40,687 nucleotides of DNA from the NCBI GenBank assembly GCA_964202705.1, contig CAXNJQ010000001.1, positions 1 through 40,687 on the forward strand, read 5' to 3'. The DNA is from Holosporaceae bacterium. Its GTDB lineage: Bacteria; Pseudomonadota; Alphaproteobacteria; Holosporales; Holosporaceae. The translations under genes and the position numbers were made by a program. The notes under the pieces are model-generated. The model searched no databases. It saw only the letters and a program-made list of their open reading frames with translations, and was not told the DNA's origin. Every line of letters begins with the position of its first letter. Positions within the stretch are counted from its first letter, which is position 1. Shown here piece by piece: positions 1 to 9,464 of the stretch.

Positions 1-2
1 AG

Positions 3-503
3 CAAGGAGAAGATCTGATCGGTGCGGATAATGATATGCCAGGAGATCTCTTTCCAGGAGAAGTTCTGCCAGAAGTGCCCTCAAAAGAAGCCAAAGTCCC
101 AGCACAGCCTGTGGTATATCCTGAATTTAAAGGTAACATTGAAAAAGACTTGGCCAATCCCGTAGAATTGAAAAAATCCACCATGGGGTGTCCGGATGTC
201 TTGCTAAGCAGCCAGTTGGCCTCTGATCCAGAAGTCGTTCTGGCCTTTACCTATGTCTATTCATTATGCCTGATGGAATTATCATTACAAAAATACTTGC
301 AAACGGAACCCTATTTACAAAAAGAGGCAAAAGGGTTGTTGGGGCCGTCCAAGGACGCGTTGCGAGAAGTACAAAGAATTTTGCCATCCTATTTGGTGGG
401 TTTAGATGCCATGGTCAAAGGATTTGCCGATGGACACTTGCGTGAGGTCATTGATGCGGGGCGACAAGCATCCCAACAGAATGAAAGTGGCATAGGGTTA
501 TAA
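3..503 (+). CDS. hypothetical protein, C-terminal part (frame open to the window edge)
   Basis: The frame is stop-free from nt 3 to TAA at 501-503, with the first ATG at 36, so the gene probably begins upstream of the window. No family motif recognised. Confidence 0.4.
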   Translation, partial: QGEDLIGADNDMPGDLFPGEVLPEVPSKEAKVPAQPVVYPEFKGNIEKDLANPVELKKSTMGCPDVLLSSQLASDPEVVLAFTYVYSLCLMELSLQKYLQTEPYLQKEAKGLLGPSKDALREVQRILPSYLVGLDAMVKGFADGHLREVIDAGRQASQQNESGIGL

Positions 504-521
504 GTTTTGTGGCATTTAGGC

Positions 522-550
522 TTGCATTGTGCGCTAAAAGCCGCAATAAT
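522..550 (+). promoter_or_regulatory. candidate sigma70-type promoter upstream of rpsU
   Basis: TTGCAT (522-527), 17-nt spacer, AATAAT (545-550), about 30 nt upstream of the rpsU ATG. Pattern match only. Confidence 0.35.
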
Positions 551-579
551 GAATGGGTATTCTTCTAACATAGACCATC

Positions 580-786
580 ATGTTACCAGTCGTTGTACGC
601 GACAACAACGTGGATAAAGCACTGAAAACGCTGAAAAGGGCCGCACAAAAAAGCGGTCTAAACAAAGAACTGCGGAAACGCAGAGCCTTTATTAGACCTT
701 GTGAAAAGCGTCAGCAAAAAATAGCCGAATCTCGTCGTCGGATGTTGAAAAATATGCGTCGCAGAATGCTAAAAGAAGGCTATTAA
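580..786 (+). CDS. rpsU: 30S ribosomal protein S21
   Basis: 68 aa and very basic. VVVRDNNVDKALKTLKR...RRAFIRPCEKRQQK matches the classic S21 pattern (VxVRxNexxdxALrxxKr...yekPsekr). Confidence 0.9.
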   Translation: MLPVVVRDNNVDKALKTLKRAAQKSGLNKELRKRRAFIRPCEKRQQKIAESRRRMLKNMRRRMLKEGY

Positions 787-834
787 TGCGTGTGTTTTCC
801 CAATAGAGAAAGATAATGCGCGCTCTGTTTCGTA

Positions 835-2046
835 ATGGGAAAAGCATCCTATATCGTCCAAGAGCCCATGAATTCTTTTGATTTTTGGTATTGCAGTTTG
901 GGTTATGGTGTGTTGATGCAAACAATACACCACTCTGTTTTTTCACAAGGCTTGTCTGGAACATATTCTGGAACACCCCATGCCTGCTCTATTCTTATCC
1001 AAGGTCCAAAAGGCGTTGGAAAACGCTCTCTTTCACGGATTTTGGCCCACCAATTATTGACGGGATATCCCTGGCTGTCTGGCTCTGCATGCCCAGATTC
1101 CACTGTACAAGAACCATTAGGTTCCGATATGATGTCCGTTGGTCTGGATGCCTCTGGCTCTAGGGCTTTCAACAATGGGGTACACAACCCATCCCAACCG
1201 CTGTCAGCGCTGTCTAATCATTGGAAAGATGCTGCTTTGGCATGGGAAAAAGACCATAAAACATTGGATTCTCATCCAGAATACCTGGTTCTTGCAGCCG
1301 GTTCCGGCATTGATGATATTCGAAAACTGCGACAACAGTTATCCTATACACGTTTGGGAGATTCTGTTCGGGTTGTGGTGTTGCCAGAGGTTCAATCTTT
1401 GGGGTTGTCCAGTATGAATGCCCTGTTGAAATGGATTGAAAATCCCGGACCGCAAACGATTTTTATCCTGACGGCATCGGGTGCATTGCCTGAAACTGTT
1501 CGATCGCGGTGCATAGAGTATAAGATGCCAGCGCTGGATTTGGAAGATTTTTCCAGGGTGCGTTCCTGTATTCAGGCCTTTTACGCATCAACGGGTGGTG
1601 GTTTGCATGCCATTGATGGCCCTGATTCTAATCAGGAACCCTTGGACAAAAGGGCGCAGCACCATCTGTTTAAAATTTCCCAGGGTGCCTTGGTGCGTGC
1701 ACACTATTGGCAAGATCATTTGCCTTGGGTCATGCAGACATGGTCTGTGTTGTATCAATGTGCCACAGAATCCCCCATTGTTGATCCTGAATGGTTGAGC
1801 ACAGCGGTGCGATTAGGGGATGGGGTTTGGGATGTTTTTTATATTTGGGCAAGAGACGTGGGTACTTTGGCCTATGGGCAAGAATTTTTACACCATTGGG
1901 ATTATTTTTGGCATGATACCTGGGATCTAATGGTACAGCACCACATTTACCACACAGAGCAATCCAGTGTGATACAAGCCGTCGCAGCTCGAATCCATGG
2001 GTTTTTTACCTATTATGGCGTTCGCCCCATGCAGGAACCTTTATGA
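835..2046 (+). CDS. holB: DNA polymerase III delta-prime subunit (clamp-loader AAA+ protein)
   Basis: ILIQGPKGVGKRS P-loop, ALLKWIENPGPQTIFILTA and ETVRSRC (SRC motif), typical of HolB. The ATG at 916 (MQTIHH...) is an alternative start. The C-terminal half is long and divergent. Confidence 0.8.
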   Translation: MGKASYIVQEPMNSFDFWYCSLGYGVLMQTIHHSVFSQGLSGTYSGTPHACSILIQGPKGVGKRSLSRILAHQLLTGYPWLSGSACPDSTVQEPLGSDMMSVGLDASGSRAFNNGVHNPSQPLSALSNHWKDAALAWEKDHKTLDSHPEYLVLAAGSGIDDIRKLRQQLSYTRLGDSVRVVVLPEVQSLGLSSMNALLKWIENPGPQTIFILTASGALPETVRSRCIEYKMPALDLEDFSRVRSCIQAFYASTGGGLHAIDGPDSNQEPLDKRAQHHLFKISQGALVRAHYWQDHLPWVMQTWSVLYQCATESPIVDPEWLSTAVRLGDGVWDVFYIWARDVGTLAYGQEFLHHWDYFWHDTWDLMVQHHIYHTEQSSVIQAVAARIHGFFTYYGVRPMQEPL

Positions 2047-3209
2047 TGAACGCTTTGAAATGGACTGGGGTAAAAATGGCAAAAATTCTATCTTTTTTGT
2101 ATGGCTGTAGCACCATTTTTGTTATATTATGTTTTATCCCCATTATAACATCTTTTTCTGTAAAAAATCATGGTATTGATGATGTTCTGCGCTGTAAAAC
2201 CCTGTGGGATTATTATGGCTTTTGTTCAAAAGAACAGAAAAAAGCCATTGCTTTTTTGTTGAAACAGACAGGAATTGATTGGAAAGATCCTGTGATCAGT
2301 AGGAGTCTTACCAAATCAGATTTGTGGAAAATCATGACCTTGGTGCAAAAGACACAACGTCAATGGGTGCGCAGAGCGCCCAAACAAGAACGCTGGGATG
2401 TTATAAAAAACGATGATAGCCCAGAGCAGAAAAAGACAATGTTACGGTGTTTAAAAATATTGGGTGTGGTCCATGGGTGCTTTCCCCTCAAGTCCAGTCC
2501 CAGTCATGCCATTTGCGTCCTGGGGGCAACGGGACCGGTGATGAATAAAAGGTTGAAATTTTTAGAACGCTGTATCGAGAAAGGTCTGTTTCGTCGTCAA
2601 AACATATTATTACTGTCAGGAGAACGCCCATTACAATCCCGTGTCGATGATCCAGAGTACAATGATTTGATTCAAAAAAAAGGTCCAAATTCCAAAGAGG
2701 TGGGATTAGAGCGTGATTTATTACAGCATTTATATGATTCCAGCCCGTCTGCTAAGCGTAAATGGCCTGTAACCATGATTCATGGTAAAAAAGGAGATTT
2801 GCCCAGAGCCACAACGGAAAGCACGGTTAAAACCCTTTTAAATTGGCTGAAAAGCCATCCAGAGATTAAAACCATTGTCTTTATTTCATCCCAACCCTAT
2901 GTTTTATATCAAAAAGCAATCATTGGTTCTGTGGTTAAATCCTGTGGCAGTGATTTAAATGTTCAGGTGGTGGGGGATGGGGCCAAACTCAAAGAGGTTG
3001 ATCAGCTGTTGGCAGAACTGGGGTCGTATATTTGGGCCATAACGCCCTCTGTTTTGTCGTCCATACCTCTGCCCAAATTATCGGATGGGGATCAGCAAAA
3101 CCTTTCTGATTTTTTGAATACCTGTTATGGCGCACAAAAATCTTTGTATCACATTTTGCCAAAAATGTTGAAAGTTTCCCCAAAAAACAGGCCCCATGGA
3201 CTGCCCTAG
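2043..3209 (+). CDS. hypothetical membrane-anchored protein (weak DUF218/YdcF-like resemblance)
   Basis: Overlaps the holB stop (ATGA-type overlap). The N-terminal TM segment ILSFLYGCSTIFVILCFIPIITSF suggests a start at ATG 2076. HAICVLGATGP...LLLSGERP...TTEST...IVFISSQPYV loosely recalls the DUF218 fold pattern; this is low-confidence. Confidence 0.55.
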   Translation: MMNALKWTGVKMAKILSFLYGCSTIFVILCFIPIITSFSVKNHGIDDVLRCKTLWDYYGFCSKEQKKAIAFLLKQTGIDWKDPVISRSLTKSDLWKIMTLVQKTQRQWVRRAPKQERWDVIKNDDSPEQKKTMLRCLKILGVVHGCFPLKSSPSHAICVLGATGPVMNKRLKFLERCIEKGLFRRQNILLLSGERPLQSRVDDPEYNDLIQKKGPNSKEVGLERDLLQHLYDSSPSAKRKWPVTMIHGKKGDLPRATTESTVKTLLNWLKSHPEIKTIVFISSQPYVLYQKAIIGSVVKSCGSDLNVQVVGDGAKLKEVDQLLAELGSYIWAITPSVLSSIPLPKLSDGDQQNLSDFLNTCYGAQKSLYHILPKMLKVSPKNRPHGLP

Positions 3210-3370
3210 CAGAGTCGGGTCATCCCAGGGTGCGGCCTTCAGCCGTGCCATCGGACAGAACCGAGTAGTACCAAGTTCCATTCAAAATCCAGCCAAACAG
3301 AGTGTGAAGAGGGCATCCTGTGACAACTGTGACGCTGTGCCATAACAACTGGGAGCACCAAAACAGGCCA

Positions 3371-4294
3371 TCAGTGCACCGATAAAATACGTGCAGGGAA
3401 ATCTTTAACCGACACACGCTTTTCCAATACATCCCATATGGCATGAATAATAGGCGTCCGTGCCCGTGATTCCTGGTCTCTCAGTGTGTGGTTTATCAAG
3501 GTGCGTAACGTATCCAGACCCTCGACCAAACGGGTGGGTTCTTTGGGAAAATGTTGACCATAGGCACGATTTCTGCCTTGTGGACAATGGCTGGTTAGGA
3601 TTAAATCACCCATACCCGCAAAAGACAACGTGGTTTCAGGGCACCCACCTTTTTTCAGAACAATGCCGCTGATTTCTTTGGCACAGAGGATTAAAAATGT
3701 GGCCGACATGTTGTACCCCATATCGCTTTGTTGCAATAAACCGTAACCAATGGCCATGACGTTTTTCAATGCACCCCACCAGGATACGCCTGCGACATCC
3801 GTACTGGTTTCCACCAGCATTCGTTGGGGAAACAAGCGTTTTCCTTGCAACAAAACATCTGGATTTTCACAGGCAATGGTTATGCCACAGGGCAAATGAT
3901 TGGTAATTTCGCTGGCAATATTTGGACCGCTGATGACCCCAACCATTGATGATGGAAAATATTCTTGCACGCAAGTGTAAAGAGGATTACCGGATGCAAG
4001 ATCCAACCCCTTGGACGCAATCCAAATGACCGATGGTGTCATATTTTCTGATTTCAGAATATGGCAAAAAGACCCCACATACTGGACAGAAATGGCAATA
4101 ATAATATGAGATTGGGGGGTTAAAGACTCTGTCATACAGGTGGAAGACCCCGGTTTAGGGGTGCGATTCCACAATGCAACAAGGTGCTGGTTTTCTCTGA
4201 TTAATTCAGCCAGCGCAGACCCCCACGCGCCAGCCCCAAAAATCTTAACAGAGGCAGGCTGTAACGTTAAAGGCACAGATCCTGAGGCCATCAT
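3371..4294 (-). CDS. gpsA: NAD(P)H-dependent glycerol-3-phosphate dehydrogenase
   Basis: KIFGAGAWGSALA Rossmann motif, GPNIASEI, LKNVMAIGYG and GDLILTSHCPQGRNRAYG are GpsA signatures. Confidence 0.9.
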   Translation of the reverse strand: MMASGSVPLTLQPASVKIFGAGAWGSALAELIRENQHLVALWNRTPKPGSSTCMTESLTPQSHIIIAISVQYVGSFCHILKSENMTPSVIWIASKGLDLASGNPLYTCVQEYFPSSMVGVISGPNIASEITNHLPCGITIACENPDVLLQGKRLFPQRMLVETSTDVAGVSWWGALKNVMAIGYGLLQQSDMGYNMSATFLILCAKEISGIVLKKGGCPETTLSFAGMGDLILTSHCPQGRNRAYGQHFPKEPTRLVEGLDTLRTLINHTLRDQESRARTPIIHAIWDVLEKRVSVKDFPARILSVH

Positions 4295-4321
4295 TGATGG
4301 ATCCTTTTGGATGAATACGCA

Positions 4322-4645
4322 TTACCCAACGGTGGCTGGATTGATTTTCTCGCGCAATTGAGACCCCGGACGAAAGGTGGGAACCACAGAGGCTTGGACA
4401 TGGATTTCTGCTCCCGTTGCAGGATTGCGTGCAGTGCTGGCTTTACGATCACGGGTACTGAAAATGCCAAAACCCGTCAAGCGCACGTCATGGCGTTGTT
4501 GCAAATGATCGGATGTAATGTCGATAAAGGAATCGAGCACTTTTTCCACATCACTTTGTGACATGTGCAGATGATCGGAAATTTCTTTGACCAGATTCTT
4601 TTTTGTGATTTTTGACTGGCTAGCAAGTGTATTTGTAATGGACAT
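4322..4645 (-). CDS. hup: HU-family nucleoid DNA-binding protein
   Basis: VRLTGFGIFSTRDRKASTARNPATGAEIHVQASVVPTFRPGSQLREKI has the HU/IHF arm motif (GFGxF...RNPxTG...P.F..G..L). The R-x-AS..RNP.TGAE form resembles alphaproteobacterial HU. Confidence 0.85.
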   Translation of the reverse strand: MSITNTLASQSKITKKNLVKEISDHLHMSQSDVEKVLDSFIDITSDHLQQRHDVRLTGFGIFSTRDRKASTARNPATGAEIHVQASVVPTFRPGSQLREKINPATVG

Positions 4646-4683
4646 GGTTGGGCTCCTGAAAATGAAATGAATGGTGTAAGGGG

Positions 4684-6177
4684 TTAAAATTGAACTTTGA
4701 CACCCACAATCGCGGTGTTCGTAAAATTGGATTTGCCTGGTACGCCAGAAAAATCAAATCGTGTAAGGGATGGAATCATGGTGCTGGTGTATGCCCAATC
4801 TGGATTGCTCAACTTGAACGTTCCAAGTTCGACATACGGTACAACACCAGGCATGGCATTGTATTGGGTGGACAGAATGTATCCCTGGCAAGTGGCTTTT
4901 TCACTTTTGGTTTGACCTTGCCCTAAAAATCCAGTCCTGACGCTGGATTGCAAATAGGACAAGCTGACACCATAGGTATCACCCGTATACCCCAGGGACA
5001 TGTTAACGATTTTCCCATTACCAGAGGCAGAGGCCACATATTCTTTGGATTCAAAGGTGGTTTCTGATCCATTGAACTCAATGGTGCCTGGAGTAATGCC
5101 CGAGGATACCTCGTTGCCCTCTTCATCCAATATGATGGGATTATAATCGTTTTTCAGCATATGGGATTTGCCGTTATGCATATACTCGATTCCAAAGGAA
5201 ATAGGCCCCAGCGTGATGACACCACCCAATTGATAGGCATTGGTGTTAAAACGCTGTAACTCGTCACCCGTCAGTTCAGGCGATCCCTTTTGGGTGACTT
5301 TATTGTCTACGCTGATTTGATTCACTGCGTCTTGGGGCAGCAAGGGTTTTTCTGCTTGGGTTTTTGCCGTGATTTGAACAAAGGACAATCCAAAGCTGCC
5401 CTTGTTCCATTGGGTTAAATAATTAATGCCCCAGGCAATGCTGTTCAGATCAAAGGGGGCAAAGGGTTCACGCAAGGGTGAAACGCCAGTATTGAGACTC
5501 ATTTCACCGCGATGCAGCGTATTGGGTGTATAGGAAACAGAGGCCTGTAATCCTTTCAGCACCCCCTGTTTGATGCGTGAAGAAATATAGCGAACCTTGG
5601 TCGCTGTCCCCGTATATCCTGCAATACTGGGATAGAGTAAAACCCCTGTGGTTGCTGGTAAAAACTTTCCAAAACCTGTCCCATAAAATGCCCCTGATCC
5701 TTGGGCCACGTCCCCTGCACCCATGGGGGTGACATCTTCCACACCATAGGCGTTACCAAGCGCAAGGGTTCCAAACAATTCATTATCGAACAGGACATAG
5801 GCCTCTTTGACCGCACCCTTGCCACCAGCACCTTGGTTGATGTTATAAGACCCAACCAACGATATGGTCCAATCGTTGACTTGTTTAGATGCCGTAATCG
5901 TAAATCTTGAACTGTTAATCAAGAACATATTGTTGGCATTATAGGTATTAAACGGTGTGCTGTCTGTTTGAAACAATTTTTGAAATCCAGAACCAGAAAA
6001 CAAAAAGGTTTGCTGTTTTTGATTCTGACCAAACGGCATTTCAAACATCATTTTTCCACTAAACACCACTTCGAACCCGTTAGCAGAGGACAAGGAAGGT
6101 CCTTTTGCTGGAGCAGCCACAACCGCGTAAGTATACAGTGAACAGCATAACGCTGCTAAAAAATGATAGCGCAACAT
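4684..6177 (-). CDS. outer-membrane beta-barrel porin-like protein
   Basis: Signal peptide MLRYHFLAALCCSLYTYAVVAAPA, a Gly/Tyr/Ser/Thr-rich alternating pattern throughout, and a C-terminal ...AIVGVKVQF ending in Phe (OMP signature). Confidence 0.6.
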   Translation of the reverse strand: MLRYHFLAALCCSLYTYAVVAAPAKGPSLSSANGFEVVFSGKMMFEMPFGQNQKQQTFLFSGSGFQKLFQTDSTPFNTYNANNMFLINSSRFTITASKQVNDWTISLVGSYNINQGAGGKGAVKEAYVLFDNELFGTLALGNAYGVEDVTPMGAGDVAQGSGAFYGTGFGKFLPATTGVLLYPSIAGYTGTATKVRYISSRIKQGVLKGLQASVSYTPNTLHRGEMSLNTGVSPLREPFAPFDLNSIAWGINYLTQWNKGSFGLSFVQITAKTQAEKPLLPQDAVNQISVDNKVTQKGSPELTGDELQRFNTNAYQLGGVITLGPISFGIEYMHNGKSHMLKNDYNPIILDEEGNEVSSGITPGTIEFNGSETTFESKEYVASASGNGKIVNMSLGYTGDTYGVSLSYLQSSVRTGFLGQGQTKSEKATCQGYILSTQYNAMPGVVPYVELGTFKLSNPDWAYTSTMIPSLTRFDFSGVPGKSNFTNTAIVGVKVQF

Positions 6178-6354
6178 CCATGTTTGTTTTCAATGCTTCA
6201 GTACGTGTATATCACGGGTTTTTCCAGAAAACAAGGGAAAGTGCCTCTTTCTTAGCGTTTTTTTTACAAATGACCTGTGGGATATGCTTTTTACAGTCAT
6301 ACAGCCCCATCCAAATGATTTTTTAAAAGATAATCATCGGTTCCGTTTTCTATT

Positions 6355-7188
6355 TTATTGAAAGAAAAGGGACGTCAAAAAATAGTTTAACAGCAAGATG
6401 TACGTACTGGATTGGACCACACTGCGGGTTGTGGACAAACCAACGCCTTGGGTTCCCCCTGTGGCGTAATACCCCTCGTAACACCCGATCAAGGAAATGG
6501 TCAGTCCAAAAACACTGGCCTTGATCATGCCGGCCCCCACATCGGACCATACCAAGACATCTAAAATTTTGACGATATATTGGCTCCACATCATGGAACA
6601 ATGGCTGGTGGCAATGATTCCACCGCCCACGATTCCCACCACATCGGCCAACAGGATTAAACAGGGCATGGCCAACGTGGCCGACAATATTCGCGGTACA
6701 ACGAGATATCCCAAAGGGTTGGTGGACAACGTCACCAAGGCATCAATTTGATCTGTCACGCGCATGGTTGACACCTCGGCCGTCATGGACGATCCCCATC
6801 GACCGGCCATCATCAATCCGCCCAATACGGGGGCCAACTCCCTGACAATGGACAAGGTGACGATGTGGGGCAAGGTGGCTTCGGCAGAAAAACTGGCAAA
6901 GGCCGATGCACTCTGAAGGGCCAAAACCATGCCCGTAAATAGGGCCGTTAAGGCCATCAAAGGAATGGATTGAAACGCCATCGTTCGCCATTGATTCAGA
7001 AAAATGGTTCTGTAAAATGGTCCCTGAATGCCGGCCGTTAATGTACGCACACAAAACCAGAAAAAAGTAAGAGACTGGCAAAAAACCCAAAAAGCATTTT
7101 TGATGTTCGTACACAATTTTTTCAGTATAAAAAAACCCTGGGACATAAAATTTTTCATGCGTTGCACCTGTTCTTTATTTATACGCAC
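6355..7188 (-). CDS. mlaE: MlaE-family ABC transporter permease (lipid asymmetry maintenance)
   Basis: Multi-TM protein with MlaE-type conserved blocks: IVRELAPVL, TAEVSTMRVTDQIDAL and LIGCYEGYYATGGTQGVGLSTTRSVV. Confidence 0.85.
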   Translation of the reverse strand: MRINKEQVQRMKNFMSQGFFILKKLCTNIKNAFWVFCQSLTFFWFCVRTLTAGIQGPFYRTIFLNQWRTMAFQSIPLMALTALFTGMVLALQSASAFASFSAEATLPHIVTLSIVRELAPVLGGLMMAGRWGSSMTAEVSTMRVTDQIDALVTLSTNPLGYLVVPRILSATLAMPCLILLADVVGIVGGGIIATSHCSMMWSQYIVKILDVLVWSDVGAGMIKASVFGLTISLIGCYEGYYATGGTQGVGLSTTRSVVQSSTYILLLNYFLTSLFFQ

Positions 7189-7246
7189 AGATTGGCGAAA
7201 AGGCTATGTTTTTGTTTGCCTGTTCACTGGATCAGCCGTGCCGCAT

Positions 7247-7987
7247 TCAGGCCATCCATTGCCCACCGTTAACATGAATGGTGGACCCTGTAATGAACGA
7301 GGCAGGTTTAGAGCATAAAAACAGGACCAAATCTGCAACTTCCTCTGGTATGCCCATGCGTTTCAAGGGAATGGATTTCATGCATGATTCCAAAACATCT
7401 GGGCAAACCCGATCAATGTCATCGGTGCGGATATGACCTATGGCCACCATATTGGCCGTGATACCATGGGGGCCGACTTCATGGGCCAATGCCTTGGTAA
7501 ACCCCATAATTCCCCCACTGACTGTGCTGGTTATACAGGCCAATTTTGAACTGCATACGCCATGAAAAGACCCCACCGTAATAATACGGCCATAGCCCTG
7601 ACGACACATGTTTTCCGTTACAGAGTGGGTTAATGCAAACATGCCGTCTAATGGAATATTGACACCCGATTGCCATTGCTGCATGGTGGTGTGATTTAAT
7701 GACTGATTGGGATAGGCGCGTACATTGTGAATTAAAACAGAAATATGGCCCCAGTGGGTTGCAATATCAGATACGGCGCTTTGACAATCTGACCAAGAGG
7801 ACAGGGGCCACTCCATAATGGGAATACCCGTTTCTGCGGTAAAAGAGCGGGCCAAAGACCAATCATTTTGATGGTGCGCAACGACCGTATAACCTTCTGA
7901 GTGCAGGGCCTTGCAGATGGCCGCCCCGATGCCATGAATGCCGTGAGTCACCAGCGCTATTTTGTTGGAAGAGGGTTCTTGACTCAT
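7247..7987 (-). CDS. short-chain dehydrogenase/reductase fold protein (FabG/PhaB-like) with degenerate catalytic motifs
   Basis: Colinear with FabG: KIALVTHGIHGIG, GRIITVGS, GFTKALAHEVGPHGITANMVAIG and ITGSTIHVNGG. The YxxxK positions read T....S, and NNAG reads HNVR. Confidence 0.75.
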   Translation of the reverse strand: MSQEPSSNKIALVTHGIHGIGAAICKALHSEGYTVVAHHQNDWSLARSFTAETGIPIMEWPLSSWSDCQSAVSDIATHWGHISVLIHNVRAYPNQSLNHTTMQQWQSGVNIPLDGMFALTHSVTENMCRQGYGRIITVGSFHGVCSSKLACITSTVSGGIMGFTKALAHEVGPHGITANMVAIGHIRTDDIDRVCPDVLESCMKSIPLKRMGIPEEVADLVLFLCSKPASFITGSTIHVNGGQWMA

Positions 7988-8143
7988 TTAGTTCACCATT
8001 CCAGCATTGAATTGCTCGACAAAATAGGGGTCCGTTAGGGATTGATTTTCAATCACATTTACTCCTGAAAATACAGGCCCAACCAAGAGACAAACCCCCA
8101 CCATCAGTCCTGTTATTTTTGACAACATTTGGGATCGTTTCAT
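7988..8143 (-). CDS. possible small secreted/membrane protein (51 aa)
   Basis: Read by hand because it is below the track threshold: MKRSQMLSKITGLMVGVCLLVGPVFSGVNVIENQSLTDPYFVEQFNAGMVN. Its TAA stop directly abuts the ATG of the downstream SDR gene (TAAATG). Signal-like N-terminus. Confidence 0.3.
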   Translation of the reverse strand: MKRSQMLSKITGLMVGVCLLVGPVFSGVNVIENQSLTDPYFVEQFNAGMVN

Positions 8144-8220
8144 TAGAAGTATTATTCAAAATTATCATGGTGGATTTAAAAAATCATCAATGATAAACAC
8201 AGGATTGTTTCGTAAAATAT

Positions 8221-8736
8221 CTAATAAAAATGATGCAAATCTGTGGCCCCAAAATCGGATGTGATGGTGGTGGTACTGGGTGAAACAAACATAGCCCGAA
8301 TGCCAAATAAATCCATACCGCCTGATACACCTGCATAATTTTGCATCAAAGCAGAGGAGTTTTGAGCACTGGTGGATAAAATGGCCAAATATTCTGGCGG
8401 CATGCCCTTTAAAGACAAGGTGCCATCGGGTGATCGATTTTCCAATGGTTCTGGATTGGAAAAGATGTTAATATCCTTGGCCGTTACCGAGGTGCGGGAT
8501 GAAGGATTCTGGCGTTTATCTGTCCTCTTTCCCAATTGGTTCAGACACAAGGGTTTCCAAGATGCAGACAGCTGGCGCATGGGTTTTTGCCCCTTTTTCC
8601 CCCGTAACCCAACGGCATTGAATCGGGTCGTGTTCAGCCCCATGGCATTGAATGGTGTTTGTGTGGGCCAAACATCACATGGAACGGCCTGGGTTAAACC
8701 CAGCAACATCACGAATTTTAAAAATAGAGTGCGCAC
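8221..8736 (-). CDS. hypothetical secreted protein
   Basis: 171-aa ORF with leader MRTLFLKFVMLLGLTQA and a short internal repeat FNAMGL/FNAVGL. No family motif. A 134-aa ORF on the opposite strand competes with it. Confidence 0.4.
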   Translation of the reverse strand: MRTLFLKFVMLLGLTQAVPCDVWPTQTPFNAMGLNTTRFNAVGLRGKKGQKPMRQLSASWKPLCLNQLGKRTDKRQNPSSRTSVTAKDINIFSNPEPLENRSPDGTLSLKGMPPEYLAILSTSAQNSSALMQNYAGVSGGMDLFGIRAMFVSPSTTTITSDFGATDLHHFY

Positions 8737-8805
8737 GTTTTACATTTGTTTTTGTACAATAGTGATTGAATTATAAGTTTAGAAAACATAATAATGCATC
8801 TATTT

Positions 8806-9336
8806 TTACAGTGTTTTTGATTTGTTTTGTTGAAAATCACAACATAAAGTGGCCAGGCGTTTGGACCACATCAACATGTCTGATTCTGTGCACCCATTCC
8901 CCGATATACCGTACAGTGGCGGTATGGTTTGGGAAATAACATTTCCATGCCGATTAACCCAGTGATGGCCCCCTGTATCAATCCAGGCTTTTTCTTGCTG
9001 CTCTTTGTCTAATAGATCAAAAAAAGAGGCGCTAAACACAGTCCATTCGGGTGCGGCCAGCCCTTTGGCAAAGGATTGACCGGCTCTGGTTGCGGTAAAG
9101 GGACCAGGTTCGTGTAATGTGGCCATACTGGTGATGTTCTGGTTTTGGGGCATTTGGTGCCATAATTGTGGCAACAAGATTTCACAGGCGGGTTTGGGGT
9201 CAGAATGCATGGCGCATGCTGTGGGTATAGGCTGGAATAGAGAAGAGTGAGGGCAGGGCGTTTGCATCAGGTCATCTTTACACCATATCACCATGGCCAA
9301 GCGGGGAAAGGTCAACAGAGTTAAGATATGAGACAT
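8806..9336 (-). CDS. hypothetical protein
   Basis: ORF open to 9426. The internal ATG at 9336 (MSHILTLLTFPRLAMVIW...) gives a hydrophobic N-terminus. No recognisable motif. Confidence 0.4.
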   Translation of the reverse strand: MSHILTLLTFPRLAMVIWCKDDLMQTPCPHSSLFQPIPTACAMHSDPKPACEILLPQLWHQMPQNQNITSMATLHEPGPFTATRAGQSFAKGLAAPEWTVFSASFFDLLDKEQQEKAWIDTGGHHWVNRHGNVISQTIPPLYGISGNGCTESDMLMWSKRLATLCCDFQQNKSKTL

Positions 9337-9464
9337 TTGAATACAGTGCAGGGGGTTTTGTCTGACCATACCAATGGATGGGTGTGGATGCAATCCTGCA
9401 GGGGTTTTAAAACCAGAGGAGATCACCCCCCTGGTATACTGGCCCTAATAAGAGTCCAGTGGCT

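Noticed and set aside
3210-3370. Relatively GC-rich 160-bp convergent spacer between the 2043-3209 ORF and gpsA, examined for SRP-like or other RNA motifs.
   Set aside because: No conserved RNA motif and no convincing extended helix was found. It is treated as an ordinary 3'-3' spacer.
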